In this document: piece after piece, positions 38,114 to 51,864 of the stretch
Layout: each line of letters starts with the position of its first letter
Numbering within the stretch: the first letter of the stretch is position 1
Assembly (NCBI RefSeq): GCF_009834535.1
Contig: NC_045698.1
Span: forward strand, 13,890,001 to 13,954,000
Origin: Camelus ferus
Taxonomy: Eukaryota
Direction: 5' to 3'
Length of the DNA stretch: 64,000 nucleotides
Made by a program: the position numbers and the translations under genes
Notes under the pieces: model-generated
The model's input: only the letters and a program-made list of their open reading frames with translations
What the model was told of the DNA's origin: nothing
Database searches by the model: none

Positions 38114-41100
38114 CTGTGGGGGAAAAATAAGATTTCCAATATTATGACTATTATCAGTTTTCAAACAAACATTTTCTTTTCCTTTTTTGAAACAAACAAG
38201 CATGGATGGGTTTAGGTCAATCTGTTTCCATTTATAAACAAACTATGAAGTTTGTCTTGACAATAACATCTAAAGCAGAAATCATGAAAATTCAAGTCTG
38301 AATCAATTGTGATTTTTCAGAGCCATAAACAGGATGATAACTGGATACAAAAGGATATTTCCCACAGGCAAGTAAATATTGCTTTTTGGAGACTCAATCT
38401 TAGTCTCTTCTAGTAACTTCTTTCTATCTCCTCCTCAACTTAAATTATTAATTTAAAAAAAAATTGCTACTAAATTGCTAAATTAAAAAATACATTTTTT
38501 ACATTAAAACAATATATCGCATATCATTACTTTTTATGTATTATCATCTTATTTACCCCTTATTGATTTTGAACTTGATATCTTATTTTGAAATCCGATA
38601 AATTTTTAAGTTTTCATTTCAGCAATACTTTCTTGAAATCTTAGTAAAAGATTTTCTACAGACGTCAGAATTTTTTAGTGTGGTTTTAACTGTATTCACT
38701 TTCTTTTTTTGCTGGTAATACCATTTCATGTATTTGTTTTTTTGTTCATTTCCTTTATTTGGATGTTTTGATCAATTTTATTTTTTATAGCATTCTGTTT
38801 GTATGCCATTTACTTTTTAGCTTTGAGTCTTTATTAATAGTTTCTCATAAACTTTTTAGTTTTTTTTCTCATTTCGAAAAATCATCTAGCCAACATTTTT
38901 TTTTTTTTCTGTTAATAATGTCAGAAGTCGTGACTTTGGCTTAGCATACAATAATGAATGAAATAAGGTCCGGCTGGTGTTTTGTCTCAGGGAATACATA
39001 TATAGGATATAAAAGAGTAAACAGACATTTATAGCCCTGTGTATCTAGTGCTATAAGGCAGAGGAGGTATTATGAAAGTAACAGGGATATAAACTCAGAC
39101 ACAGGAGCATATGAGCAGGTAGGTAGTACTTGCAAGAGGAAGACCTTTTTTGGATCAGAACTCAAGGTTTCAAAAGTGTTAAACGTGAGGCACATAACAG
39201 GTTCTGTGACCCTAAATGAGCTTAGATTTAGAACTAACCATGTCAGAAGTCTCCATGGTGATGTTACGGCAGGTGATACAGAGATCAGCCTTTTATTTTG
39301 AGCCTAGGGAAACATCTATAGATAAACATTTATGAGAAGAAACAGTAGATTTCTTTTTCACCCCTATTTCTGTCACTGATTCTGCACTGGCCTGCTTCAG
39401 TCTTGCAGCCTTCTTTCTTGGCATAATCAGAGAATGACCATTCCCTATGGAGGAACTCATATTTTCCTTTACCTTAGGGGCCGAGAAGCTGATTAGAAAG
39501 AGTATTCTTAATGGGATTTTATAAACAGTAGATCAGTCCTACTGATGATTATTTCCCTATCTCTTCTGAATTGCTTTGGAAAATTGAACTTCCCAGAGAC
39601 TGAACACAAGGAAAAACAACCATTTAATTTCCAAACCAGATAATAAGAATCTGGAACCAATAATACGTCTCAGGGGTCTGGATAAGACTAGGTCACTACA
39701 ATAGTCTACAAGTGTTTGTAAGACAAAACAAGAATTCTGAAAATACTAAAAACTCAAATTCTTAAATATGAACCATCTATATAAAATATACAGATTTATA
39801 TATGATAAAATATTATGTATTTTAGATTTATATATTTTAAAGAGGGGCTAACTGACCTGCAGCTTATGGCCTATCAGTTGGGAGTCATTTCCTTCCCAAG
39901 AAGTTTAAACTAGAAATGAATTGCAAAAGTAACTAGCACCCATCTTGTTTAGGGAATTGCATGACTTTTAGTTAGACCCATAGATTTATTACACTTTTTC
40001 TTTCCTTGATTCCTCTCTCCTTAACATAATATTTGGTCTTAGACTAATTCAATAAGTCTCCAAATTTAAATCACCTGACTTAGCAATGGTACAGACTTGC
40101 TGCCTATCAAGAATGAGGTGCACGGCTACAGTCCCCCTGGCACAGAGGAGATGGACTATCAGAATCCTGGCATTTTGCTCATAGAAAGCATCACCCTTGG
40201 CAGGTTTACTGCTCATTTAAGGTCAAGTTTAATTCCTTAGACTCAACCTGCTGCATCTGGTCGACTATATAATGACTAAGGTTCATTAAGAGTCTTTCTG
40301 ACTTTCAATAAAATTTGTGGAGATAATTTTTGCCACCTCTACCTCATCAGATATTATTATCAAGATGTGCATCCAATATGACAGTCATCTCTTTTTCCAT
40401 TCTTTAGCAGGTCCCTTGGCAAGTTAGCTGTCATTTGTCTTAACACTAACCTACCTCCTGATGAGGTATAAACTGTTTATGTGAATAAATGGTTTCATGT
40501 TAATGATTATCTCAAATATGCTCAGCTACCCCAAGACACAAATAATCATTCTGAAGGACTTTGTGAGGCCTGGCTGATGGATGGATAAGGACCCATCTAG
40601 AGTCATCAAACAATGAGAAGAGTATTTAAGTTTGGGACAGGAATTTAGAAGCAGATGAATTAATGTAAATGGAAACATTTTAACAATCACATTTATGAAG
40701 AAAACGTGGCAGTGCTAAATTGCAAGTATAGAAAAACTGGGAGGAAATTACACTATTTATTCTTGGAGGTTGCAGGATTACATATACAATATAAAGTATG
40801 TCAATTCGTTGTTTTGTAGTAGAACTACAGTAGTACATAGAAATTGGATTAGGAGTATAATTGTATTTTTCCTATTACTATAAATCCTGGTAAAGCTGTC
40901 CAAATACTGATCATTCATACACTGTAGATAGATATTCCAGTAATTTCCTAGTAATCTCTTGTTCCTGGGAAACTAGTTAGAACTCTGTCTATGGGTTTCA
41001 CTTTCCATAGTTACCAGCAGATTTTTTATTACCTAAAAATAGCCAATGAAAAACAGTATGTCAAGAACAGTGAAATTTATTCATCTAATACCTGGTTTTT

Positions 41101-41994
41101 ATGAAAAGATAGTGGAGGGAAAAAACATTAAAAGAGAAAAAAAAAGAAAATTTACTCAGGCTATTAACATACCACAGAAAGCAAAAACATGAAATGTCTA
41201 GCTGAGAGTTTATGAAACACAAAACGTACCCTTTCCCACTTTCAAAACAAAACAAAACAAAAATGGATACAAAATAAGTCCATAAATGTGAGGCATGGTG
41301 GGAACTTGCTAAGGGCAATTATACAGCCAGAGACTGTTTATGAGAATAAGAAAGACTTTTCCTGCTATACTATCTTAAAACTTCAACTGTCAATGCTTAT
41401 AGCTCTTTTTGGCTGGATTTGGACAGAAATCATTTGAATGGAACAGATGATTAAAATATTCAAGCTGAAAAAAGAATTGGGAAAAGAGTTCTTCCTTTTT
41501 GTTACTTGAAAACGCTTGGAAAGAATAAGATCCTGTCTTTCACAATGTTCACCGTTATTTTTGCCTCACTAAGATGTTTGGTGTATGGGATGGGGTTTTA
41601 TAATTTGAATCTAGTTTATCCTATTTAACAAAATTTCAGAACTATGCCAAGTTTCTTTTTTCTTTTTTAATTTTTTTGAAAACTGCAAGTCTGGATTATC
41701 AGTTCAGTATCTAATATGAAAAGCAGGTGACCCTAAAGCAATGGCGTTCTACTGGAGATTACTAACATATTAACATTTAGGCAGGAATATTCCAGAAACA
41801 CTATCTGATTCATTTTTCATTTTCATAGAATGTGCCCTGGCTTTAATTCTCTGGACAAGTCTCAATTGTGGCCAAAGTTCTGAGAGTTACAAACAAAAAC
41901 TGTTGTATCATTGATGTTCATAGTTAACCAATGCTATGATTATTGTCATCAAATTTAGTAAATTAAAATTGTTTTAATAGCATATGTGTCAATT

Positions 41995-42083
41995 ATAACA
42001 TGAGACATACTTATCCTAGGAAACTATCATTTATCTGAAATGAAAAATTAACTAGTTGTCCTGTATTTTACCTAGCAATGCTA
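41995..42083. mobile_element. MER53-like hAT terminal fragment
   Basis: gacatacttatcctaggaaa...ttatctgaaatgaaaaattaactagttgtcctgtattttacctagcaa resembles one arm of palindromic MER53. Confidence 0.6.
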
Positions 42084-42428
42084 ACTAGGATACAATCATG
42101 ACAATCATTGTTGGTAATCAAATACACTAGCAATATATAATCAACAGCAAATATAGCAGAGATATTTATTGGCAACTTCCAACTTCAAAAAAATATGTTA
42201 GCTTTAATCATTTGAAATTCCTGTTATCAACAATGTATGACATACACTAAAGGTAATTTCATGATTCAGCTTAAGATATTTGTAGTTCTGACATTGAACC
42301 ATCTAAGCATTTCTGGAATAATTCAACTTGCTATGTGTTTTGTTTTACTGAGACGGTGCTTGGAATGGTTCCACATGTATTCATAAATGAGATTTGTGTT
42401 GGTTTATTAGGTTTTTGTATTAATGCCA

Positions 42429-42615
42429 TTGCATTCGTTTCTAGGGGCTGTCATAACAAATTACCAAACACTGGGTGACTTGAAACAACAGAAATGTATT
42501 CTCTTGCACTTCTGGAGACAAGTCTGAAATTTGGCAGAGCTGAGGGCCTATGGGGAATGTAATCTATTCCTCACCTCTTCCAACTTCTGTGGGTGCCCTG
42601 GCATGCCTGGGGAAG
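42429..42615 (-). mobile_element. MLT1 LTR fragment
   Basis: ctaggggctgtcataacaaattaccaaacactgggtgacttgaaacaacagaaatgtattctc. Confidence 0.8.
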
Positions 42616-43304
42616 AAGCTACCCCAGCACTGTTGGGAATCCAGTTTGCATTCTCATTCAACCACCTGTGGGATGAAACTCTAGGCTTGGTGTTCAGAAA
42701 TGCTTTGCAGCTGTGGGCCATAAATATGCTTTTCAGGGGAAACAGAAAATTTCAGGTAACTCATGTCACAACTATTTTGGTTAGATTGTGTATTCTCCAA
42801 TGTAATAGTCCCTCATTTTAATGTTCAAAATTATTTGCCTATGATCTCCATTCTTGAAGGCCAGCACAGCTGGATATAAAGGATTTGACTCATATTTACT
42901 TTCCTTAGTCTATGGTACGTATTGCTCCATGCATGCTTAAAAGCAATCGCCCATGCAAAGTTTCCCCTGACCCTCCTCCATCTTTGAAAAATTGGTCCTC
43001 TTTTATCTGTGAACTCATAACAATTTAAGTAAACCTATACCATTAGCATTTGACATCTTGTATTATAACAATGTATCATGTCTATTCAGTTTTCCCTAAG
43101 AGCAAGGATATTATCTAATTCATCTTCATATTTCAGGTACTTGGCATAATTCCTGGTACATGGTGGGTGATTAATAATCCTTCTTCAATCTCAAATAAAG
43201 CTGTGCTTAGAGAACAGAAAAGTGCTATTACATGGTTTACACCTGAAGGATGGAAAGTTCTATGTTATTTCTAAAATATGAAATGAACACCTATGTGTGA
43301 ACTA

Positions 43305-43507
43305 AGCAATGAACATTTATCAACTCATTTGATAATCACAACTCCTGTGACTTGTTATTGTTTCCATTTACAAATGAAGAAACCAAGGAACAGAAAAGTT
43401 AAGAAGCTTATTCAGGGGCAACAGCCTGTAACTGATATACTTGGGATTTGAACTAAGGCAGTGGGCCTCCAGAAGCTGTGCCCTGAGGCACTATGACATT
43501 CTGCCTG
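43305..43507 (-). mobile_element. MIR SINE
   Basis: ccatttacaaatgaagaaaccaagg...gggatttgaactaaggcagtgggcctccaga. Confidence 0.85.
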
Positions 43508-46500
43508 AAATCTAATCAGCATATAAATAATGTAACATAGCATTCCAATGTGACTGACTCATAGTGAACAGATTTATAGTGGAATGAAATGTCCTCACTA
43601 TTACAGGGTATATTCATGCATCTTTCCAAGTATTTATAAAGACATTAAAAATGAACTATCAACTTCATGAATTATAACTTCATTAATTCTGGCTACGAAA
43701 ACTCATAATTTCCTTAATTCACAGATTCACAAAGCTAAGAAACTAAGATGTTTTTCATGCAAAGTCCTCTACAGCCTCTGTCTCTGTTAGAAGTGCTTAT
43801 TCTGGTGTCAGTTTAACCACCCCAGGTAAGCTTCTCTTACTTGTGTTTGGTCACTGCTCAGCGTCCTCATGCAGCTCACTGACAGTGAGCTGACTCCAGT
43901 CTTCATCTCAAGTTTCAGTTTCTTAATTTTATCCTATTACTCTTAGTAATTACTTTTACATATCATTGCTCTTCCTAACTTAGAAAACCATACTTTTCCC
44001 TCTTTAATATTAACACATTTCTTATTATTGTAGATAAGTTATCATCCTTCCCATCAATCATTTTCTAGCCAGCTGTACATATTTGGAATTTTTTAACTGT
44101 TTCTCATTAATCACTTCTACTACTCATTAAATCACACTAATATATTCCTTCGCTGGAACTAGATAACCATCATAAATAGACAGATACTGAAAACAGCATT
44201 TAGTCAGATTGCTCTAGGATTCAATTCTTCTTGGAGTTCAAGAAGTTCATCAAATTTTGTTTTCCTAAATAACAAGAAGAGATTCCACAGGACCTCTCCT
44301 TGATCCATTTTCTATTTTGTATCATCGTCCACATTGTTAGCTGTGGGAATGGGAAAATAATGGGACTGGTTGCAACATTATTTAATAGATGAAAAAAAAA
44401 TGTCACTTTGATTATGCAAAAAATGGCCAAATTCTGAAATAGTGACTGACATTATTAATTTTTGTTTTCTGAGAAAAATATCTATTTTAAATAATATCTT
44501 GCCCAACATAAGAACAATTGCTTGCATCTGAATACTGTTTCTTCAGCTAGGTTTTCTTATGCTATGATTTGTGGTCCTTGTCAGAAGCCTTTTCTGCACG
44601 GTAGACGTTCTGTGAAGACTAGAACACATGTATGCACCTTATATTATAAATTCTCTATATAGAAGAATGTATTACCCATTTAATGTGCATAATTCCAAGG
44701 TTATCAATACAAATAAATATTACATACTTGCTTCCTGTCAATGGAAGACTGGGAAAACACATGGAAATGTTTTATTTTAAATAACAAATGTACATATATA
44801 ATATATAAAGTATATTTATTTATTCCTTATTATTCTATTTATATACACTCATATACTAGCACATATATGTGCGTTACATGTGTGGGTATTTCAATATGCC
44901 CACACTTATGAAAACTTATCTATAACTTATGGATGTGGATAGCTTAACTCAGTAGGGTGTTTCAACAGATCATTCATTTCCAATTATATTACATTGTAGG
45001 AATATGTGTTAAAAACTGTTAATGAATGCTCAAAGTAGTTTCAACAGATCTGTCACTCCACAGGCCATACCTACAGATGAAGAGTAAGAATAAGAAGTTT
45101 CCCCAAAGCAGTTCTCCATCAGAGGTATTCTAAATACAGTGATAGACTTCACTGAATTGAAAGTTGGACTTTCTCCTCTTCAGCTTCTGGCTGGGCAGGA
45201 GAACCACTTTCCAGATACTAGGATCTTACAAGAATAAAAACAGTAACCTGGTGGAGGTTTTTAATAATAAAATCCCTAATGAATGTTTAGTTTTTGTAAA
45301 TAACTCATTAGAATTAGAAACCTATTTCTTTTATGTACAAAGTGTGCTCGTGTGCTTGCTTGTGTGTGCTTTTGCAATTGGCTGGAATGACTTATTTTTT
45401 ATTGCACTTTGTGGTTCACAGCCCCAAAACTTTACACTATAATGGCAAAGGACATCCTGATTCTTAGTCGGTTGCTCAGTGCATGTCAAAGAAATGATAA
45501 GAAAAATTCAATAAATGTAATCTACTAAAAATTTAAAATGTGGTTATTTAGAATAGACCTAGTATGGTTATAATTAAAAACATTTTCATAGTTTTTCTCT
45601 TAGGATTAATTTAAACTTAAAAAAATACTTTTTATAATTTTTTATGTTTATTTTCATGACCCATCTCTAATCCTGTGTTAAATAAGATGGTATAATGATC
45701 TTTAACACACTGTATGGTATAAAATTTAAAAAAAAAAAATACAAAGTACCCAGTTGCAAAATGTTTAACAACTACTGTGGACAGGAATAGACTTGTAGCA
45801 CATGTAGATAGACATTCAGGGATATTGTCATTACATTCATAGTGAATTAATTAGAAAAGTTCTTTCTACTCTATCAGATCTAGCAGATTTAAGAGGCATA
45901 TGGAATTGCTATGTTTTGCACAGTGAGAAATTAGTGAAATGCCTTCCTTGATATGTAAAAAGAAAAGATAATTCAAAGAAGGATATGTGTGACTGAAACA
46001 TAACTAGAGATGTTATACTACAAAGACAACATTGAACTTTGAAAAAATCTCCTCTTACAGAAGATGGATGGGGAAGTAGCTCACCAAGACACGTGAATGA
46101 CAGCATACACATGTGACATAATCTACACAGGATATGTCAATTTTTGTGTGCTTACAGGTGGATAGGATAACATGAAATAAACAGGTAGTAAAATAACCAC
46201 ATGGAGTGGTCTGGAAAGTGCAATTAAAATTTGGTGCAAAAAGAGGAAGAAAGGAACACAAGAAGAAAAGCAGACTTTGAGATCTTATTGCAATTGTTAG
46301 CCAGACACAGCCTGTTTCCACCTTATTTTATCTATTTGTAATTATCACTTTGGAACATGCTAAAATAAGAAAAGTGAAGATTAATAGACTTGAGATAATG
46401 TCATCGATCTCTTAAAGGGCAAGACCAAAATCTATATTTCATCTGAGAGTAAAGATCAGATTTTCCACCATCCTTCACTGCCTTGCAGACCAAGATGAAG

Positions 46501-48097
46501 ATTTCTGGCTTAAACTAATAGTCATTGTATTTGCAATTAAATGCACTTAACAAAGACAAGTGATACTCCAGACAGCATTTGCCAAAAGTCAAGAGAGCAA
46601 ATAGAGTTGGAGTTCTGAATTAAAAATATATATATATAGCAGAACAGCTTCTATAAAGAATCTAAATTAACACAGGGACCACAAGAAGAAAACCCGAGAA
46701 AGACAGCTAAGAAGAACATCCCTAGCTCCAGAAGTTTCTGTCAGAGGAAAGAGTGCATCAACTTGCATTCATCCTTATCTTTTTCCCTCTTCTACCCAGT
46801 CAGGCTCCATTAAACAATGAATGAAAGTTATCAAAGTGTATTTACAATGTACCACACCATGGACCGGTGAATTCAGCTTGGCAATTTTCTGATGAAGGCA
46901 TGATATGGACAGGGATGTGTAGATGCTCCTGTAGGCTGATTTATAGAGCAATGCTAATTCTGATCTTTGGGAAGATTAGCTGTTCTGCCTTGCTGGCTAA
47001 AGTGAGATGCTTCAGAGATTAAATAAGGTTTTAAAGGACTGTTTTATCTATTTCCTGCCATCTGAATGAATGCCTCTTAAAAGTTAAAATCCATAGACTT
47101 ATATAGTTTAGTTTTCAAATTGCAATTATTTATAACATAAGATATATAGCAATGAGGTAACTCTGAGACTGATTATTCCAATTCGCAGAATCAAGAAATT
47201 AGATAAATGCAAACATGAATGCGTTTTGGAGGAAGTGTAGACAACATTAGAAAATAAATTCAGGGAAGAAGGTGAAAGATGATTTGAACTCATTAAGGGG
47301 CAAGGTTAATTTTAGTAGATCATCCTACCATTTACACAATTAAAACACTTATCTTGAAAATACCTCCTCTTTTTGTGTTTGGTGTGTGTAATGTAGAATA
47401 GAGAACGTTAATTGCACACTTGTGCACACTTACGTGCATGTTCTATTTTGTCTTCATTTTTTCACAAACGACATCAAATTAATTGAGGCCATACAGGGTG
47501 GTAAGATCCCTATTGTCTCACAATCTATCCTTGTATTTTGAATTATGCGTATATTCACGCCATCCATCACTACTCTCATTTTTTGCAAACAGGATATAAT
47601 TTCCTACTTTATAAAGACAATAGTTGTCCATAGGCAAGGACCCCCTTACCACTCTTCACACATACACATACTCCAGCTAGATCATTGCAAACCTATTTGC
47701 CGACATCTGTTTCTCCCTCCTGTTTGATTTTGGCAAAGAAGGAGGCATCATCATAGCTTCTTTCTTTCCATCTGTGATCCAAAGCCTATACAGGGCCTAC
47801 TCTACCTCAGTGCATCTTTTTAAATCAGTTATCGTCTCTTTAGTAACCTCAGTTTCTTGTTTCTATTGACCTTCTATCCACCTGTATAGAGACACACTTT
47901 CAATCTCCCACTCAACATTAAAATCTTCATCTTGTGATGTTTGCATTTATTTCCATTATAAAATTTCCTCCCCACTTTACCACAAAGCTTCCCAAAGAGG
48001 ATGGCATATTTCTTTTTCATTTTTTTCTCCCATGTCCATGCTTCTAATTTCTCCCCACCACATGAAATTTGTTCCTCTCTGCACTGTAGCAAATAAT

Positions 48098-48100
<3 letters not shown>

Positions 48101-48148
<48 letters not shown>
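48101..48148. repeat. (TA)n microsatellite
   Basis: Perfect AT run of about 24 units. Confidence 0.97.
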
Positions 48149-48150
<2 letters not shown>

Positions 48151-48879
48151 ATCTAAATCTGTAAAATGAGTAACTGTTCAGACTCTGAAGAGATAGACTC
48201 CTGAGTTCAATTTTCTGTCAATGAACTTCCACCTGGGTGCAGTTCTTTTTCTCTCTGTGATTCGGTTTCTGTAGCTGAATTGCAGTTTCTGTTTTATTAG
48301 TGAGAGTAATAACTCTCCTTATATCCTGATGTCCCAGTCAGATTTAAAGGAATGATAATAGGTGGATTAGCTCCATAAAGACCTGGAAAAAGTGCTTAAA
48401 ACCCATCCTGACAAAGAGGAACCACTTAACAAACTTAGACGCCGTTCATACAGTTTTTGTGATGATGATGACACGATACTGATGCTGTATTGAGCTGAAA
48501 ACTGGCTTGTGACAAGCATCCTGCCCTCCCATTTGCCAAATCAGATTAATATTTATAATGCTAAACTTGTTTTAAATTTCTAGAATACTTCACATTTTTA
48601 ATGACTATCTTCCTCCTGGACAGCCTCCCTCGGGAATTTTCAGTGACAAAAGTTTCTTCTATTTTTTTGAAATTTTCTTCCCAGGCTCTATTTCTTTCCT
48701 ACCTTCTGCTTGTTTCTTAAACCCTGCTGTTCCCTAGGTTCAGGATTCATGTTTCAGGAAGAATTATTCATCTGTTTACTGGAATTTACCTGAGTGAAGA
48801 AGCCATCCAAGGAATGAAAAGCAGGCAGTCCTCACTTCATCTTAAAATGGTCTGGTCCTCATGTAGTTTACGTCAATGA

Positions 48880-49420
48880 TTAGTCAGAAATATTGCCATC
48901 AAACAAGACCTAGTCACGGTCCCACTTCGACACTGTCAATGGCTCTCCACTGGGTAAAATCGAACAAAGCCCTTTGTGTTCTTGAACCCACTAGCTCCTT
49001 CACTCTCTTTGCTCCAGAATCAAGGATCCTTGAATGTGCCATGCTCCACCCTACTCAGATTCCTTGTTTTGTTTTGTTTTGTTTTTTCCCTCTTCCTAGA
49101 ATGTTCATCCTTACATTCTTTACCTGGTTACCTCCTAGGTTTCCTTCAGTTCTCTGTTCAATCATCCCTGAGTATCAGACAGGAACCAAATATCCTAGAT
49201 TTTTTTTCCCCGATAGCACTGTATAACTCTCCTTCATAGAACAGTTTTTATTATCTCTGTAAGAATGCATGTGACATTTGACTGGTGTCTCTCCACTTCC
49301 ACAGATTGGAAGCTCTATGCAGACAGAGACTAACTTTGGCTCTGTTCTTGCTTGCATGGCTTAAATTAGAGCTCAGTGATCAGCATGAAGAGGTACTCAA
49401 AATATATATATTTGTTAAAT
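48880..49420 (+). mobile_element. L2 3' end
   Basis: caatggctctccactgggtaaaat, cttcctagaatgttcatcc, gattggaagctctatgcagacagagac, aggtactcaaaatat. Confidence 0.8.
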
Positions 49421-49767
49421 AAAGATATAGAAATTGACTATTTTTATTAACACATTTTTGATCCAGGTTTGACAATCTCAGGGGAAAAGAGATTAAAATG
49501 AAAAAAAAATATGTTAGATGAAGACATTCATATTTCATATAGACTAGTGATGACTATTTCTATGTAAGTATTTACACAGTTTAAGTTCTACTTTGTAGCC
49601 TCCTTTTGTAGCAGCCAAAAGATATATTAATTCTCAACTTTAAACCAATATAAAATTGTGATTATTTTATTAATGAGACTTTATATACTGCAAATTAAAA
49701 AGTATATATAAAACACACAAATAGATAGCTAGATGATAGATAATACATATAGACACAAATAAACAGA

Positions 49768-49813
<46 letters not shown>

Positions 49814-49817
49814 TGAT
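49768..49817. repeat. (GATA)n microsatellite
   Basis: About 11 GATA units followed by GATT. Confidence 0.97.
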
Positions 49818-49861
49818 TCACATCAATATTACAGTAGAACATCAGAATAAAATTTCTCAGC

Positions 49862-50042
49862 CCATGTTCTAAACATATTATACAGAAGAATCATCTGGAG
49901 TACTTGTTAAAAAGGCTAATTCCTCAGCTTCATTCCAGCCTTTCTGAATCAAAATATAATGAAGGTCAGGCCTAGGGACCTGAATGTTACTATATTGCCA
50001 AGCTGAAATTGTTAAACATTTAAAGACTGAGACAGACTGCAT
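49862..50042. mobile_element. MER5A-like hAT element
   Basis: agaatcatctggagtacttgttaaaaaggctaattcctcagc...ctgaatcaaaat. Confidence 0.7.
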
Positions 50043-50617
50043 TAGGAGTTACATTTAAATCCTTCTTTGCTAATTGTCTGTGTTCCACTTCATTTTTACA
50101 CGGTCGTGAACATTACGTTCTTTAAAAAGCAAAAAAAGCAATAGATTTAGTCCAATGACAAATTCTTAGGAATAAAAAAAGAATTGAGGGAGAAGGTTAA
50201 TGGTTTCACTCAAGGATCCATGACCTTCAAGCGAACTCCTGTCTCCTAAAGATTGTTAGCCAACACTGGTGAATATTTTTACATTAGACAGAAAGTCTCT
50301 TAGCGTTACTTAGATTAGTACAATACAGAGTAATGACGTTAATAGAACTGGCATTCACGATGAGTCTGTTATCTGAAAATAAAGATAAGGGGACACATTC
50401 ATAGTGTATTCTACATCCGACCTTCCCATCATACTGAAATATACTTAAGATTTAAAGAGTTAGACATAACCATAATTAAAATGTAATTATATTTCAAAGA
50501 AGAAACATTTTATCATTTTAATGACCTGACTATATAGCTCATTCATACCTCTGCCAAATTTCCATTCATGGAAAAATGAGTGAATTACCTAACTCACTAA
50601 CAGAATGTTCTTTTTAC

Positions 50618-50805
50618 CTTCTTTAATGAAAGGATCCCTTCTCTGGTCTCTTTGTCAGTGGAGATGGAGAATATCCCAACACCATCACCGTTAATGATGG
50701 AGTATGTCATGTCAGCATTTGAACCAGTGTCTGCATCATTTGCCTTGATTTTCCCAACAGCTGAACCAACTTGAGCTGACTCAGGAACATACAGTTGATA
50801 ATGCT
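50618..50805 (-). CDS. CDH18: Cadherin-18 internal coding exon (188 nt, phase 1 to 0), N-terminal part of EC3
   Basis: Encodes HYQLYVPESAQVGSAVGKIKANDADTGSNADMTYSIINGDGVGIFSISTDKETREGILSLKK with the cadherin PE and DxD motifs. Acceptor TTTCAG (AG at 50807-50806), donor AAG|GTAAAA. 188 nt is the usual type II cadherin exon size; the peptide matches CDH18 as I recall it. Confidence 0.95.
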
Positions 50806-51489
50806 CTGAAAGATATTTCATATTACACTTATTTGATGATGTTAATGATCATAAAATAACAATACTACAAGAAAAAGACATTAACATATTTAGACCATAC
50901 ATCTATTTATATTTGCATCTATTTCATAGAGATTTACATTTCCCTGCAGGCACTTATGAAATAGATATTAAGCATAACTGACCGGTTGTTACCAGTTGTT
51001 TAATCGTCAAGTTAGAAACATATCTATCGCAGCTATTTATTTTTTATAGCAAACCTTAAATAGTTATATAAGTGACAGAAACTTTGAATTAAGAAGATTT
51101 TATTAAAAAGTGTCAACCAAGATTAAATTAATGGCGATTCAACGTTACACATAAATATAATTAGACTATATAAATATGTAACTATAGATGTGGAAGGAAC
51201 ATCTATAAAAATAATTTTCCTAAGCTAATATTTTGGTAGTTGTGGTATGATAATTTTTTTTTAAGTTTGTGCATCTGGTAAGTGTATGGAGTATTCCAAT
51301 TTGCTTCTAAACGTACAATTGAATGTTTTAAAGCATTATATATAGATACAAAAAGTTGACCTGTATGTATGTATTTGTGTGTGTGTAGCTGTGTTTATTC
51401 ATTATTCAATAAAGACTTTTTTTCCCAGTTCTCTTCTATAAACATTTCTGATGCTGACATCAAATACTAATTTTTAGTTCAACAGCCCT

Positions 51490-51860
51490 TACCAACAGAA
51501 CATTTCATGGGTTGAGTACGTCTTCCATGAAACACGTGATCCCCTGATCTTAGTCACATGCTTGTATCAGGATCTATTATACTTTTAAAGACTCTATCTA
51601 TCCTGATATAGTTCATTGACATGGGAAGAACATGAGATCCAAATTTTATAGGTTACAAAAGCACCGTGGCTACTATCATGTGTACTCTTCCTCACTTTCC
51701 CTCAGATTGCTCCCCTGGGGGAATCCAGCTACCAGGTTGTACTGAAGCTCTACTGAGTAGACTATGTGACAAGGGACTAAAAACTGACAACAATCATGTC
51801 TGTAAGCTGAAGGCAAAAAGCATCCCTGCCTCCCTCTAGGCTAGAGGCTACCATACCAGC
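51490..51860 (+). mobile_element. Old MLT1 (F/G-like) LTR fragment
   Basis: gattgctcccctgggggaatccagctaccaggttgt...ctatgtgacaagggactaa. Confidence 0.55.
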
Positions 51861-51864
51861 CAGT

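Noticed and set aside
47874..48152. ORFs with YIYIYI runs (also 10244-10441)
   Set aside because: Translations of (TA)n microsatellites
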